Positions 19,766 to 31,845 of a DNA stretch of 32,000 bases are shown here, piece after piece (within the stretch, counting starts at the first letter, position 1; each line of letters opens with the position of its first letter). Under the pieces are notes generated by a model that was given only the letters and a program-made list of their open reading frames with translations, had not been told where the DNA came from and did not search any database. Location: contig NC_000962.3 in assembly GCF_000195955.2 (NCBI RefSeq), positions 1,440,001 through 1,472,000 on the forward strand, written 5' to 3'. Made by a program: the position numbers and the translations under genes. Origin of the DNA: Mycobacterium tuberculosis H37Rv. GTDB taxonomy: Bacteria; Actinomycetota; Actinomycetes; Mycobacteriales; Mycobacteriaceae.

Positions 19766-20251
19766 GTGACGACACCAGCGCAGGACGCGCCGTTGGTGTT
19801 TCCCTCTGTTGCTTTCCGTCCGGTTCGCCTTTTTTTCATCAACGTTGGACTGGCCGCAGTGGCGATGTTGGTCGCCGGCGTGTTCGGTCACCTGACGGTC
19901 GGGATGTTCTTGGGTCTCGGGTTGCTGCTGGGTTTGCTCAATGCCCTGCTGGTGCGGCGTTCGGCCGAGTCGATCACCGCCAAAGAGCACCCGTTAAAAC
20001 GGTCGATGGCCCTCAACTCGGCATCGCGACTGGCGATTATCACCATCCTCGGGCTGATCATCGCCTACATTTTCCGGCCCGCTGGATTGGGCGTCGTGTT
20101 CGGGCTGGCATTCTTCCAGGTGCTGCTGGTGGCAACGACGGCCCTGCCGGTCCTGAAGAAGCTGCGCACTGCGACCGAGGAACCGGTCGCAACTTATTCT
20201 TCCAATGGCCAGACCGGGGGATCGGAAGGAAGGAGCGCCAGCGATGACTGA
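19766..20251 (+). CDS. Small membrane protein at the head of the atp operon, AtpI-like by position, 161 aa (Rv1303-like)
   Basis: Four hydrophobic segments (e.g. [35 protein letters not shown]). GTG is preceded by GAGGTG. Its stop overlaps the atpB start by 8 nt. The function call rests on position only. Confidence 0.75.
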
Positions 20252-20996
20252 GACCATCCTGGCCGCCCAAATCGAGGTCGGCGAGCACCACACGGCCACC
20301 TGGCTCGGTATGACGGTCAACACCGACACCGTGTTGTCGACGGCGATCGCCGGGTTGATCGTGATCGCGTTGGCCTTTTACCTGCGCGCCAAAGTGACTT
20401 CGACGGATGTGCCAGGCGGGGTGCAGTTGTTTTTTGAGGCGATCACCATTCAGATGCGCAATCAGGTCGAAAGCGCCATCGGGATGCGGATCGCACCCTT
20501 CGTGCTGCCGCTGGCGGTGACCATCTTCGTGTTCATCCTGATCTCCAACTGGCTGGCAGTCCTCCCGGTGCAGTACACCGATAAACACGGGCACACCACC
20601 GAGTTGCTCAAATCGGCAGCAGCGGACATCAATTACGTGCTGGCGCTGGCGCTTTTCGTGTTCGTCTGCTACCACACGGCCGGTATTTGGCGGCGCGGTA
20701 TTGTCGGACACCCGATCAAGTTGCTGAAAGGGCACGTGACGCTCCTCGCGCCGATCAACCTTGTCGAAGAAGTCGCCAAGCCAATCTCGTTGTCGCTCCG
20801 ACTTTTCGGCAACATTTTCGCCGGCGGCATTCTGGTCGCACTGATCGCGCTCTTTCCCCCCTACATCATGTGGGCGCCCAATGCGATCTGGAAAGCATTT
20901 GACCTGTTCGTCGGCGCAATCCAGGCCTTCATTTTTGCGCTGCTGACAATTTTGTACTTCAGCCAAGCGATGGAGCTCGAAGAGGAACACCACTAG
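20244..20996 (+). CDS. atpB: F0F1 ATP synthase subunit a, 250 aa
   Basis: Conserved a-subunit region with the essential Arg ([13 protein letters not shown]). ATG 20244 is internal to the track ORF. Confidence 0.95.
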
Positions 20997-21290
<294 letters not shown>

Positions 21291-21320
21291 TTCGACGGCA
21301 AATGGTTGCAATAGGTAGCA

Positions 21321-21836
21321 ATGGGTGAAGTGAGCGCGATTGTCCTGGCCGCCAGTCAGGCGGCAGAGGAAGGCGGCGAGTCCAGCAACTTCCTCATTCC
21401 CAACGGCACGTTTTTCGTTGTGCTGGCCATCTTCCTGGTGGTGCTCGCTGTCATTGGCACTTTCGTGGTGCCGCCGATCTTGAAGGTCTTGCGGGAACGT
21501 GACGCTATGGTCGCCAAAACGCTGGCCGACAACAAGAAGTCGGACGAGCAGTTCGCCGCCGCACAGGCCGATTACGACGAAGCCATGACGGAAGCCCGAG
21601 TCCAGGCGTCGTCCTTGCGCGACAATGCCCGGGCAGATGGCCGTAAAGTCATCGAGGACGCACGCGTCCGGGCCGAACAACAGGTGGCATCGACGTTGCA
21701 GACCGCCCATGAGCAATTGAAGCGGGAGAGGGACGCCGTGGAACTCGATCTGCGTGCCCACGTGGGCACCATGTCGGCGACTCTGGCCAGTCGAATTCTC
21801 GGTGTTGACCTCACCGCTTCAGCCGCGACGAGGTAA
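21321..21836 (+). CDS. atpF: F0F1 ATP synthase subunit b, 171 aa
   Basis: Single N-terminal TM helix ([20 protein letters not shown]) followed by a long charged Ala/Glu/Arg-rich helix. It sits between atpE and atpH. Confidence 0.93.
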
Positions 21837-21842
21837 CCACGA

Positions 21843-23183
21843 ATGTCGACGTTTATCGGACAGCTGTTCGGGTTCGCGGTCATCGTTTATCTGGTGTGGC
21901 GATTTATCGTGCCGCTCGTAGGGCGTTTGATGTCCGCACGGCAGGACACGGTGCGCCAACAGCTGGCGGATGCGGCGGCGGCCGCCGACCGGCTGGCGGA
22001 GGCGAGTCAAGCTCACACGAAGGCGCTGGAAGACGCCAAGTCGGAAGCGCACCGTGTTGTGGAAGAGGCCAGGACAGATGCCGAACGCATCGCAGAACAA
22101 CTAGAGGCCCAGGCCGACGTCGAGGCGGAGCGCATCAAAATGCAGGGTGCCCGTCAGGTCGACCTCATCCGGGCACAGCTGACCCGTCAGCTTCGCCTCG
22201 AGCTCGGTCACGAATCGGTGCGCCAGGCAAGGGAATTGGTACGCAATCACGTGGCCGATCAGGCACAACAATCGGCCACCGTCGACCGCTTCCTGGATCA
22301 GCTCGATGCGATGGCGCCGGCTACGGCCGATGTCGATTACCCACTGCTGGCCAAGATGCGCTCAGCCAGCCGGAGGGCATTAACCAGCCTGGTGGATTGG
22401 TTCGGCACCATGGCCCAGGACCTCGACCATCAAGGTCTGACCACCCTCGCCGGCGAGCTGGTGTCGGTAGCAAGACTGCTGGACCGCGAGGCCGTCGTCA
22501 CCCGCTATCTCACCGTGCCAGCCGAAGATGCGACGCCCAGGATCCGGCTGATCGAACGGCTGGTGTCCGGCAAGGTCGGCGCGCCAACGCTCGAGGTGTT
22601 GCGCACAGCCGTATCGAAGCGCTGGTCGGCCAATTCCGATTTGATCGATGCGATCGAACACGTGTCGCGGCAGGCGCTGTTAGAACTCGCCGAACGTGCG
22701 GGTCAGGTCGACGAGGTGGAAGACCAGTTATTCCGGTTTTCCCGCATTCTCGACGTGCAGCCCCGGCTTGCCATCCTGTTGGGTGACTGTGCCGTTCCGG
22801 CCGAAGGCCGAGTCCGGTTGCTGCGCAAGGTGCTTGAGCGTGCCGACAGTACCGTCAACCCGGTCGTGGTCGCGCTGTTGTCTCACACCGTCGAGCTGCT
22901 GCGGGGTCAGGCAGTTGAGGAAGCGGTGCTGTTCCTGGCCGAAGTTGCGGTGGCTCGCCGCGGCGAAATCGTCGCGCAGGTCGGCGCGGCGGCCGAGCTC
23001 AGCGATGCTCAGCGCACTCGCCTCACCGAAGTGCTGAGCCGTATCTACGGTCACCCCGTGACCGTGCAGCTGCATATCGACGCCGCGCTGCTGGGCGGAT
23101 TGTCCATCGCGGTCGGTGACGAAGTGATCGACGGTACGCTCTCGTCTCGTCTAGCTGCGGCCGAGGCACGACTGCCCGACTGA
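21843..23183 (+). CDS. atpH: Fused ATP synthase b-delta subunit, 446 aa
   Basis: The N-terminal ~165 aa look like a second b subunit ([25 protein letters not shown] plus coiled coil). The C-terminal part ends with the OSCP/delta signature ([44 protein letters not shown]). Confidence 0.94.
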
Positions 23184-23227
23184 ACCCGAACTAGTCAGCA
23201 CAAACCGAAGTAGGAAGACGAAAAGCT

Positions 23228-24877
<1,650 letters not shown>

Positions 24878-24883
24878 CTAACC

Positions 24884-25801
24884 ATGGCTGCCACACTTCG
24901 CGAACTACGCGGGCGGATCCGCTCGGCAGGGTCGATCAAAAAGATCACCAAGGCCCAGGAGCTGATTGCGACATCGCGCATCGCCAGGGCGCAGGCTCGG
25001 CTCGAGTCCGCTCGGCCCTACGCTTTTGAGATCACCCGGATGCTTACCACCCTGGCCGCTGAAGCCGCACTGGACCATCCGTTGCTCGTCGAGCGCCCGG
25101 AGCCGAAACGAGCCGGCGTGCTGGTGGTGTCGTCCGATCGTGGTTTGTGCGGCGCATACAACGCCAATATTTTCCGTCGCTCCGAGGAGCTGTTCTCCCT
25201 GCTGAGGGAGGCCGGAAAGCAGCCGGTGCTGTATGTGGTGGGCCGTAAGGCGCAGAACTACTACAGTTTTCGGAACTGGAACATCACCGAGTCGTGGATG
25301 GGTTTCTCCGAGCAACCCACGTACGAGAACGCCGCCGAGATCGCTTCGACCTTAGTGGATGCGTTCCTGCTCGGCACCGACAACGGCGAGGATCAACGGT
25401 CCGACAGCGGCGAGGGCGTCGACGAACTGCACATCGTTTACACCGAGTTCAAGTCGATGCTGTCGCAATCGGCGGAGGCTCACCGGATCGCCCCCATGGT
25501 GGTGGAGTACGTCGAGGAAGACATCGGACCGCGCACGCTGTACTCGTTCGAGCCCGACGCGACGATGCTGTTCGAGTCATTGTTGCCGCGCTACCTGACT
25601 ACCCGGGTGTACGCGGCGCTGCTGGAGTCCGCGGCGTCGGAGCTTGCCTCGCGGCAACGTGCGATGAAGTCGGCCACCGACAACGCCGATGACCTCATCA
25701 AGGCCCTGACGCTGATGGCAAACCGCGAGCGGCAGGCCCAGATCACCCAGGAGATTAGTGAAATCGTCGGTGGCGCAAATGCGCTCGCCGAAGCCCGCTA
25801 G
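24884..25801 (+). CDS. atpG: F0F1 ATP synthase subunit gamma, 305 aa
   Basis: N-terminal [25 protein letters not shown] and C-terminal [22 protein letters not shown] helices. Confidence 0.96.
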
Positions 25802-27301
<1,500 letters not shown>

Positions 27302-27314
27302 CGGGAGTTGTGGC

Positions 27315-27680
27315 ATGGCCGAATTGAACGTTGAGATCGTCGCCGTCGACCGGAACATCTGGTCGGGTACGGCGAAGTTTCTGTTCACCCGCACCACCGT
27401 CGGTGAGATCGGCATCCTGCCCCGCCACATTCCGTTGGTGGCCCAATTGGTCGATGACGCCATGGTGCGGGTCGAGCGGGAGGGAGAAAAGGACCTGAGG
27501 ATCGCGGTCGACGGCGGGTTCCTGTCGGTGACCGAGGAGGGCGTCAGCATTCTCGCCGAATCTGCCGAGTTCGAGTCGGAGATCGACGAGGCCGCCGCCA
27601 AGCAGGATTCCGAATCCGACGATCCCCGCATCGCTGCCAGGGGCCGCGCCAGATTGCGCGCCGTCGGCGCGATCGACTAA
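27315..27680 (+). CDS. atpC: F0F1 ATP synthase subunit epsilon, 121 aa
   Basis: [18 protein letters not shown]... beta-sandwich followed by a helical C-terminus. ATG 27315 is internal to the track ORF, which overlaps the atpD end. Confidence 0.94.
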   Translation: MAELNVEIVAVDRNIWSGTAKFLFTRTTVGEIGILPRHIPLVAQLVDDAMVRVEREGEKDLRIAVDGGFLSVTEEGVSILAESAEFESEIDEAAAKQDSESDDPRIAARGRARLRAVGAID

Positions 27681-27687
27681 CCCGCCG

Positions 27688-28131
27688 ATGAGCGCGCCCA
27701 TGATCGGCATGGTCGTGCTCGTCGTTGTCCTGGGGTTGGCCGTTCTCGCACTGAGTTATCGTCTGTGGAAGCTGCGCCAGGGGGGAACGGCTGGGATCAT
27801 GCGGGACATCCCTGCGGTTGGAGGTCACGGCTGGCGCCACGGCGTAATCCGCTATCGCGGCGGCGAAGCCGCGTTCTACCGGCTTTCTAGTCTGCGCTTG
27901 TGGCCGGATCGCCGGCTCAGTAGACGGGGTGTGGAGATCATTTCCCGGCGCGCGCCCCGTGGCGACGAATTCGACATCATGACCGACGAGATTGTCGTTG
28001 TGGAACTGTGCGACAGCACCCAGGACCGAAGGGTAGGTTACGAGATCGCGCTCGACAGGGGCGCGTTGACCGCATTTCTGTCGTGGTTGGAGTCCCGGCC
28101 GTCGCCGCGCGCGCGCCGCCGTAGTATGTGA
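27688..28131 (+). CDS. Conserved membrane-anchored protein downstream of atpC, 147 aa (Rv1312-like; DUF2550 from memory)
   Basis: N-terminal TM helix MIGMVVLVVVLGLAVLALSY and a soluble domain. It starts 7 nt after the atpC stop. Confidence 0.8.
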   Translation: MSAPMIGMVVLVVVLGLAVLALSYRLWKLRQGGTAGIMRDIPAVGGHGWRHGVIRYRGGEAAFYRLSSLRLWPDRRLSRRGVEIISRRAPRGDEFDIMTDEIVVVELCDSTQDRRVGYEIALDRGALTAFLSWLESRPSPRARRRSM

Positions 28132-28141
28132 CGCACTGGTC

Positions 28142-28161
28142 AGCAGACGCAAAAGCCCCCA
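28142..28161. repeat. IS terminal inverted repeat, at the transposase 3' side
   Basis: AGCAGACGCAAAAGCCCCCA. It continues to GGGCTCT (28166-28172), which overlaps the transposase stop codon. Confidence 0.75.
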
Positions 28162-28170
28162 TTTCGGGCT

Positions 28171-29505
28171 CTACTGACTGATCTGTGGGTGGTTGTGTCG
28201 GCCTGGCAGGGTGGGGCGGTGGCCGGCGAGGGTGAGCATGGCTAGGGCGATGAGGGCTTGTGGTGAGCGGAATCCGAACGCGATCCGGGTCAGTAGGCGG
28301 ATCTTGGTGTTGGTGGATTCGATCAGGCCTTGGGATAGGCCGTGGTCGAGGGCGGCGTCGATGGCCACCCGGTGGCGTTTGATGCGGGCGGCAAGCTCGA
28401 CGAATACCGGGATGCGACAGCGCTGGGCCCAGGAGATCCACCGGTCCAGGGCCTGTTTACCTTCCTCGCCCTTGACCGAAAACACATGCCGCAGGCTCTC
28501 TTTGAGCAGGTAGGCGCGATACAGACGGGGATCGGTCTTGGCGATCCAGGCCAGTTTGGCGCTTTGGCGTTCGGTGAGGTCCTCGGGGTTCTTCCACAGC
28601 GCGTAGCGGGCGCCCTTGAGCCGCCGTGCCCGCTCGCGGCCCGGACGTGGTGCGGCGTTCTTACCGGGCCGGCCCCGGCCCCACTTGGGTTCGGTGCGCG
28701 CGATCGCCCGTGCGTCGTTCCAGGCTCGGCGCCGCTCGACGTCGAGCGCCTCGGTGGCCCAGGCCACCACATGAAACGGATCGGCGCATTGAATCGCATC
28801 CGGGCAGCGCTCGGTGACCACGTCAGCGATCCAGTCCGCGGCATCGGCCGAAACGTGAGTAATCTGGGCGGCCCGCTCAGCGCCCAGGGCATCGAAGAAC
28901 AAGCCCAGGGTGGCCTTGTCGTGGCCCGGGGCGGCCCACACCAACCGGCCGCTGTCGTGATCGACGACCACCGTCAGGTACCGGTGGTGGCGCTTGTAGG
29001 AGATCTCATCGATACCGATGCGGCGCAAGTTCGCGAACCGGTCAATGCGCTTTTCGGTGTCGGCCCAGACCCGGGCCACGATCGCCCCGACGGTGCGCCA
29101 GGCGATCCGCATCAACTCGCACACCGCGGTCTTCGAACACGCCACCGCCAGCCAGGCCACCGTGTCATCGAAAGCATACGTGTGCCCGGCATGATGACGC
29201 GCCCACGGCACCGCCACCACCGTCGGCCCATGGGTGGGGCAGTTCACCCGCGGCGCCTCGGCCTCCAAGAACACCTCGACGGTGCCCCAATCCAGACTGC
29301 GCCATTGGCGCAGGCCCGCACCGCGGTCATACCAGGACGCCTTGCGACCGCAGCGACCACAGCGGCGCAACACTGCACTTCGTGGCCGCACCCGGGCGAT
29401 CACCCGCGCACCGTCTCCGGCGTCATCCTCCTCGAATTCGATGTCCTCAATCACGGTGCGCTTGTCGACACCCAGCAGCGCACGAAATAGCCTCACATTG
29501 CGCAC
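28171..29505 (-). CDS. ISL3-family transposase, 444 aa (Rv1313c-like)
   Basis: N-terminal Zn-finger (CGRCGRK...CPTHG) and a DDE domain with the ISL3-like arrangement (GIDEISYKRHHRYLTVVVD...HVSADAADWI...LIESTNTKIRLL). GTG start at 29505. Confidence 0.92.
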   Translation of the reverse strand: MRNVRLFRALLGVDKRTVIEDIEFEEDDAGDGARVIARVRPRSAVLRRCGRCGRKASWYDRGAGLRQWRSLDWGTVEVFLEAEAPRVNCPTHGPTVVAVPWARHHAGHTYAFDDTVAWLAVACSKTAVCELMRIAWRTVGAIVARVWADTEKRIDRFANLRRIGIDEISYKRHHRYLTVVVDHDSGRLVWAAPGHDKATLGLFFDALGAERAAQITHVSADAADWIADVVTERCPDAIQCADPFHVVAWATEALDVERRRAWNDARAIARTEPKWGRGRPGKNAAPRPGRERARRLKGARYALWKNPEDLTERQSAKLAWIAKTDPRLYRAYLLKESLRHVFSVKGEEGKQALDRWISWAQRCRIPVFVELAARIKRHRVAIDAALDHGLSQGLIESTNTKIRLLTRIAFGFRSPQALIALAMLTLAGHRPTLPGRHNHPQISQ

Positions 29506-29572
29506 GTCGTTGTCGGCTCCTTGTGTTTCTGATCCTTGACAAGCCAGAAACCTTAAGCCACAACGACGTGCG
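29501..29572 (-). promoter_or_regulatory. 13-bp perfect inverted repeat in the transposase 5' region whose proximal arm covers the GTG start codon
   Basis: CGCACGTCGTTGT (29501-29513) versus ACAACGACGTGCG (29560-29572), 46 nt apart. The spacer contains a nested TTTCTG/CAGAAA hairpin (29526-31/29545-50) and the AAGGAG SD. Confidence 0.5.
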
Positions 29573-29632
29573 CCTACTCAGGACACAAACTCACCCACGG
29601 AAGTGTCAGAAGAGCCCAAAAACCGTGGGTAT

Positions 29633-29652
29633 TGGGGGCTTTCGCGTCTGCT
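29633..29652. repeat. IS terminal inverted repeat, at the transposase 5' side
   Basis: TGGGGGCTTTCGCGTCTGCT is the reverse complement of the other end with one mismatch. An AGAGCCC motif lies at 29611-29617. Confidence 0.75.
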
Positions 29653-29670
29653 CGCACGCGGAAGGTGCCG

Positions 29671-30252
29671 CTAGCTCGCCGTCCTATCACCACCGGGCCG
29701 CCACAGCACGTCACCGTCGGGATTGGCTACCCGCGACAGGATGAACAGCAGATCCGACAGCCGGTTCAGGTATTTCGCCGGCAGTACGCTGACGCCTTCC
29801 GGGTGAGCGTCGACCGCGGCCCACGCGGATCGCTCGGCCCGGCGAACGACGGTGCGAGCGACGTGCAACAGCGCCGACAGCGGTGAACCACCAGGTAGTA
29901 CAAAGGATTTTAGTGCAGGCAGGCCCGCGTTGTATGCGTCGCACCACCCTTCGAGCCGATCGATATAGGACTGTGCGATTCGCAGCGGAGGGTGCTTCGG
30001 GTTTTCCACTATCGGAGTCGACAGATCCGCACCGGCATCGAACAAGTCGTTCTGGATCTGCCGCAGCACATCCGTGATTTGAGTGTCCGGGTGGCCCAGC
30101 GCCAGGGCGGCCCCGATCGCGGCGTTGGCCTCGTCGCAATCCGCGTATGCCACCAGTCGGGCGTCGGTTTTGGCGACACGGGACATATCGCTCAATCCCG
30201 TCGTTCCGTCATCGCCGGTTCGGGTATAGATGCGGGTCAGGTGGACTGCCAT
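29671..30252 (-). CDS. PduO-type ATP:cob(I)alamin adenosyltransferase, 193 aa (Rv1314c-like)
   Basis: N-terminal IYTRTGDDGTTGL motif and the family helical bundle (RRAER...LNRLSDLLF). ATG at 30252. Confidence 0.9.
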   Translation of the reverse strand: MAVHLTRIYTRTGDDGTTGLSDMSRVAKTDARLVAYADCDEANAAIGAALALGHPDTQITDVLRQIQNDLFDAGADLSTPIVENPKHPPLRIAQSYIDRLEGWCDAYNAGLPALKSFVLPGGSPLSALLHVARTVVRRAERSAWAAVDAHPEGVSVLPAKYLNRLSDLLFILSRVANPDGDVLWRPGGDRTAS

Positions 30253-30320
30253 GAGCAAACGGTACTCGCTGACTGGCTTGGCTCACTGACAAGGCAAAAC
30301 CCCTTTACTACACTGACCGG

Positions 30321-31577
30321 GTGGCCGAGCGTTTCGTCGTGACTGGGGGCAACCGGTTATCAGGCGAAGTGGCCGTCGGCGGCGCCAAGAACAGCGTGCT
30401 CAAGCTCATGGCTGCGACGTTGTTGGCCGAGGGCACCAGCACGATCACCAACTGTCCCGACATCCTCGATGTGCCGCTGATGGCGGAGGTACTGCGTGGT
30501 CTGGGCGCCACCGTCGAACTCGACGGTGACGTGGCCCGGATCACCGCACCTGACGAGCCGAAGTACGATGCCGACTTCGCTGCGGTGCGGCAATTCCGCG
30601 CCTCGGTCTGTGTGCTGGGACCGCTGGTCGGGCGGTGCAAACGGGCCAGGGTCGCGCTGCCGGGCGGTGACGCGATCGGGTCGCGTCCGTTGGATATGCA
30701 CCAGGCGGGCCTACGGCAATTGGGTGCCCACTGCAACATCGAGCACGGCTGCGTGGTAGCCCGAGCGGAAACGTTGCGCGGTGCGGAGATTCAGTTGGAG
30801 TTCCCCTCGGTGGGAGCCACCGAGAACATCTTGATGGCCGCCGTGGTGGCCGAGGGAGTCACCACTATTCACAATGCGGCTCGAGAACCCGACGTCGTCG
30901 ACTTGTGCACGATGTTGAACCAGATGGGCGCACAGGTCGAAGGTGCGGGTTCGCCGACAATGACCATCACCGGTGTCCCGCGGCTGCATCCAACCGAGCA
31001 CCGGGTGATCGGAGACCGTATCGTTGCCGCCACATGGGGCATCGCTGCCGCAATGACCCGTGGTGATATATCAGTGGCGGGCGTAGACCCGGCGCATCTG
31101 CAGCTGGTGCTGCACAAATTGCACGACGCGGGCGCAACCGTCACCCAGACTGACGCCAGCTTCCGGGTGACCCAGTACGAGCGTCCGAAGGCTGTCAACG
31201 TTGCGACCTTGCCGTTCCCCGGGTTTCCCACGGATCTGCAGCCGATGGCTATCGCTTTGGCGTCGATCGCCGACGGCACATCGATGATCACGGAGAACGT
31301 GTTCGAGGCGCGGTTCCGCTTCGTTGAAGAGATGATCCGGCTCGGTGCAGACGCTCGGACCGACGGGCACCACGCCGTGGTGCGGGGCCTCCCGCAGCTG
31401 TCGAGCGCTCCGGTGTGGTGTTCGGACATCCGTGCCGGGGCCGGCTTGGTGCTGGCGGGGCTCGTTGCCGACGGCGACACCGAGGTCCACGATGTATTCC
31501 ACATCGATCGCGGATATCCGTTGTTCGTGGAGAACCTGGTGAGTCTCGGTGCCGAGATCGAACGGGTATGCTGTTAG
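30321..31577 (+). CDS. murA: UDP-N-acetylglucosamine 1-carboxyvinyltransferase, 418 aa, with Asp at the fosfomycin-target position
   Basis: [13 protein letters not shown], and the active-site loop [15 protein letters not shown] with Asp117 where E. coli has Cys115. GTG start at 30321. Confidence 0.96.
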
Positions 31578-31620
31578 GCGACGGTCACCTATGGATATCT
31601 ATGGATGACCGAACCTGGTC

Positions 31621-31650
31621 TTGACTCCATTGCCGGATTTGTATTAGACT
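31621..31650 (+). promoter_or_regulatory. rRNA operon (rrnA) core promoter
   Basis: TTGACT (31621-31626), an 18-nt spacer, then TAGACT (31645-31650), ~200 nt upstream of mature 16S. It matches the sequence I recall for the major M. tuberculosis rrn promoter. Confidence 0.7.
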
Positions 31651-31688
31651 GGCAGGGTCGCCCCGAAGCGGGCGGAAACAAGCAAGCG

Positions 31689-31703
31689 TGTTGTTTGAGA
31701 ACT
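31689..31703 (+). promoter_or_regulatory. Box A-like antitermination element in the rRNA leader
   Basis: TGTTGTTTGAGAACT resembles the mycobacterial leader Box A. It lies in the AT-rich leader between the promoter and 16S. Confidence 0.55.
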
Positions 31704-31845
31704 CAATAGTGTGTTTGGTGGTTTCACATTTTTGTTGTTATTTTTGGCCATGCTCTTGATGCCCCGTTGTCGGGGGCGTGGCCGTTTGTTTTGTCAGGAT
31801 ATTTCTAAATACCTTTGGCTCCCTTTTCCAAAGGGAGTGTTTGGG

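Larger units (their letters stand above)
28142..29652 (-). mobile_element. ISL3-family insertion sequence (IS1557-like), ~1.5 kb, with a single transposase gene
   Basis: Imperfect terminal inverted repeats match at 19 of 20 nt: AGCAGACGCAAAAGCCCCCA at 28142-28161 versus the reverse complement of 29633-29652. They bracket a 444-aa ISL3-type transposase. Confidence 0.85.

Noticed and set aside
28132-28141. Target-site duplication flanking the IS
   Set aside because: The 8 nt outside each inverted repeat (CACTGGTC vs CGCACGCG) do not match. A shared CGCAC is offset by 5 nt on the left side, so I do not claim a TSD.
28342-29490. 382-aa plus-strand ORF antisense to the IS transposase
   Set aside because: The translation is rich in Gly, Pro, Arg, Ala and His with no motifs. 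It mirrors the transposase frame, as expected for a high-GC shadow ORF. I have no evidence that it is an antisense regulator protein.
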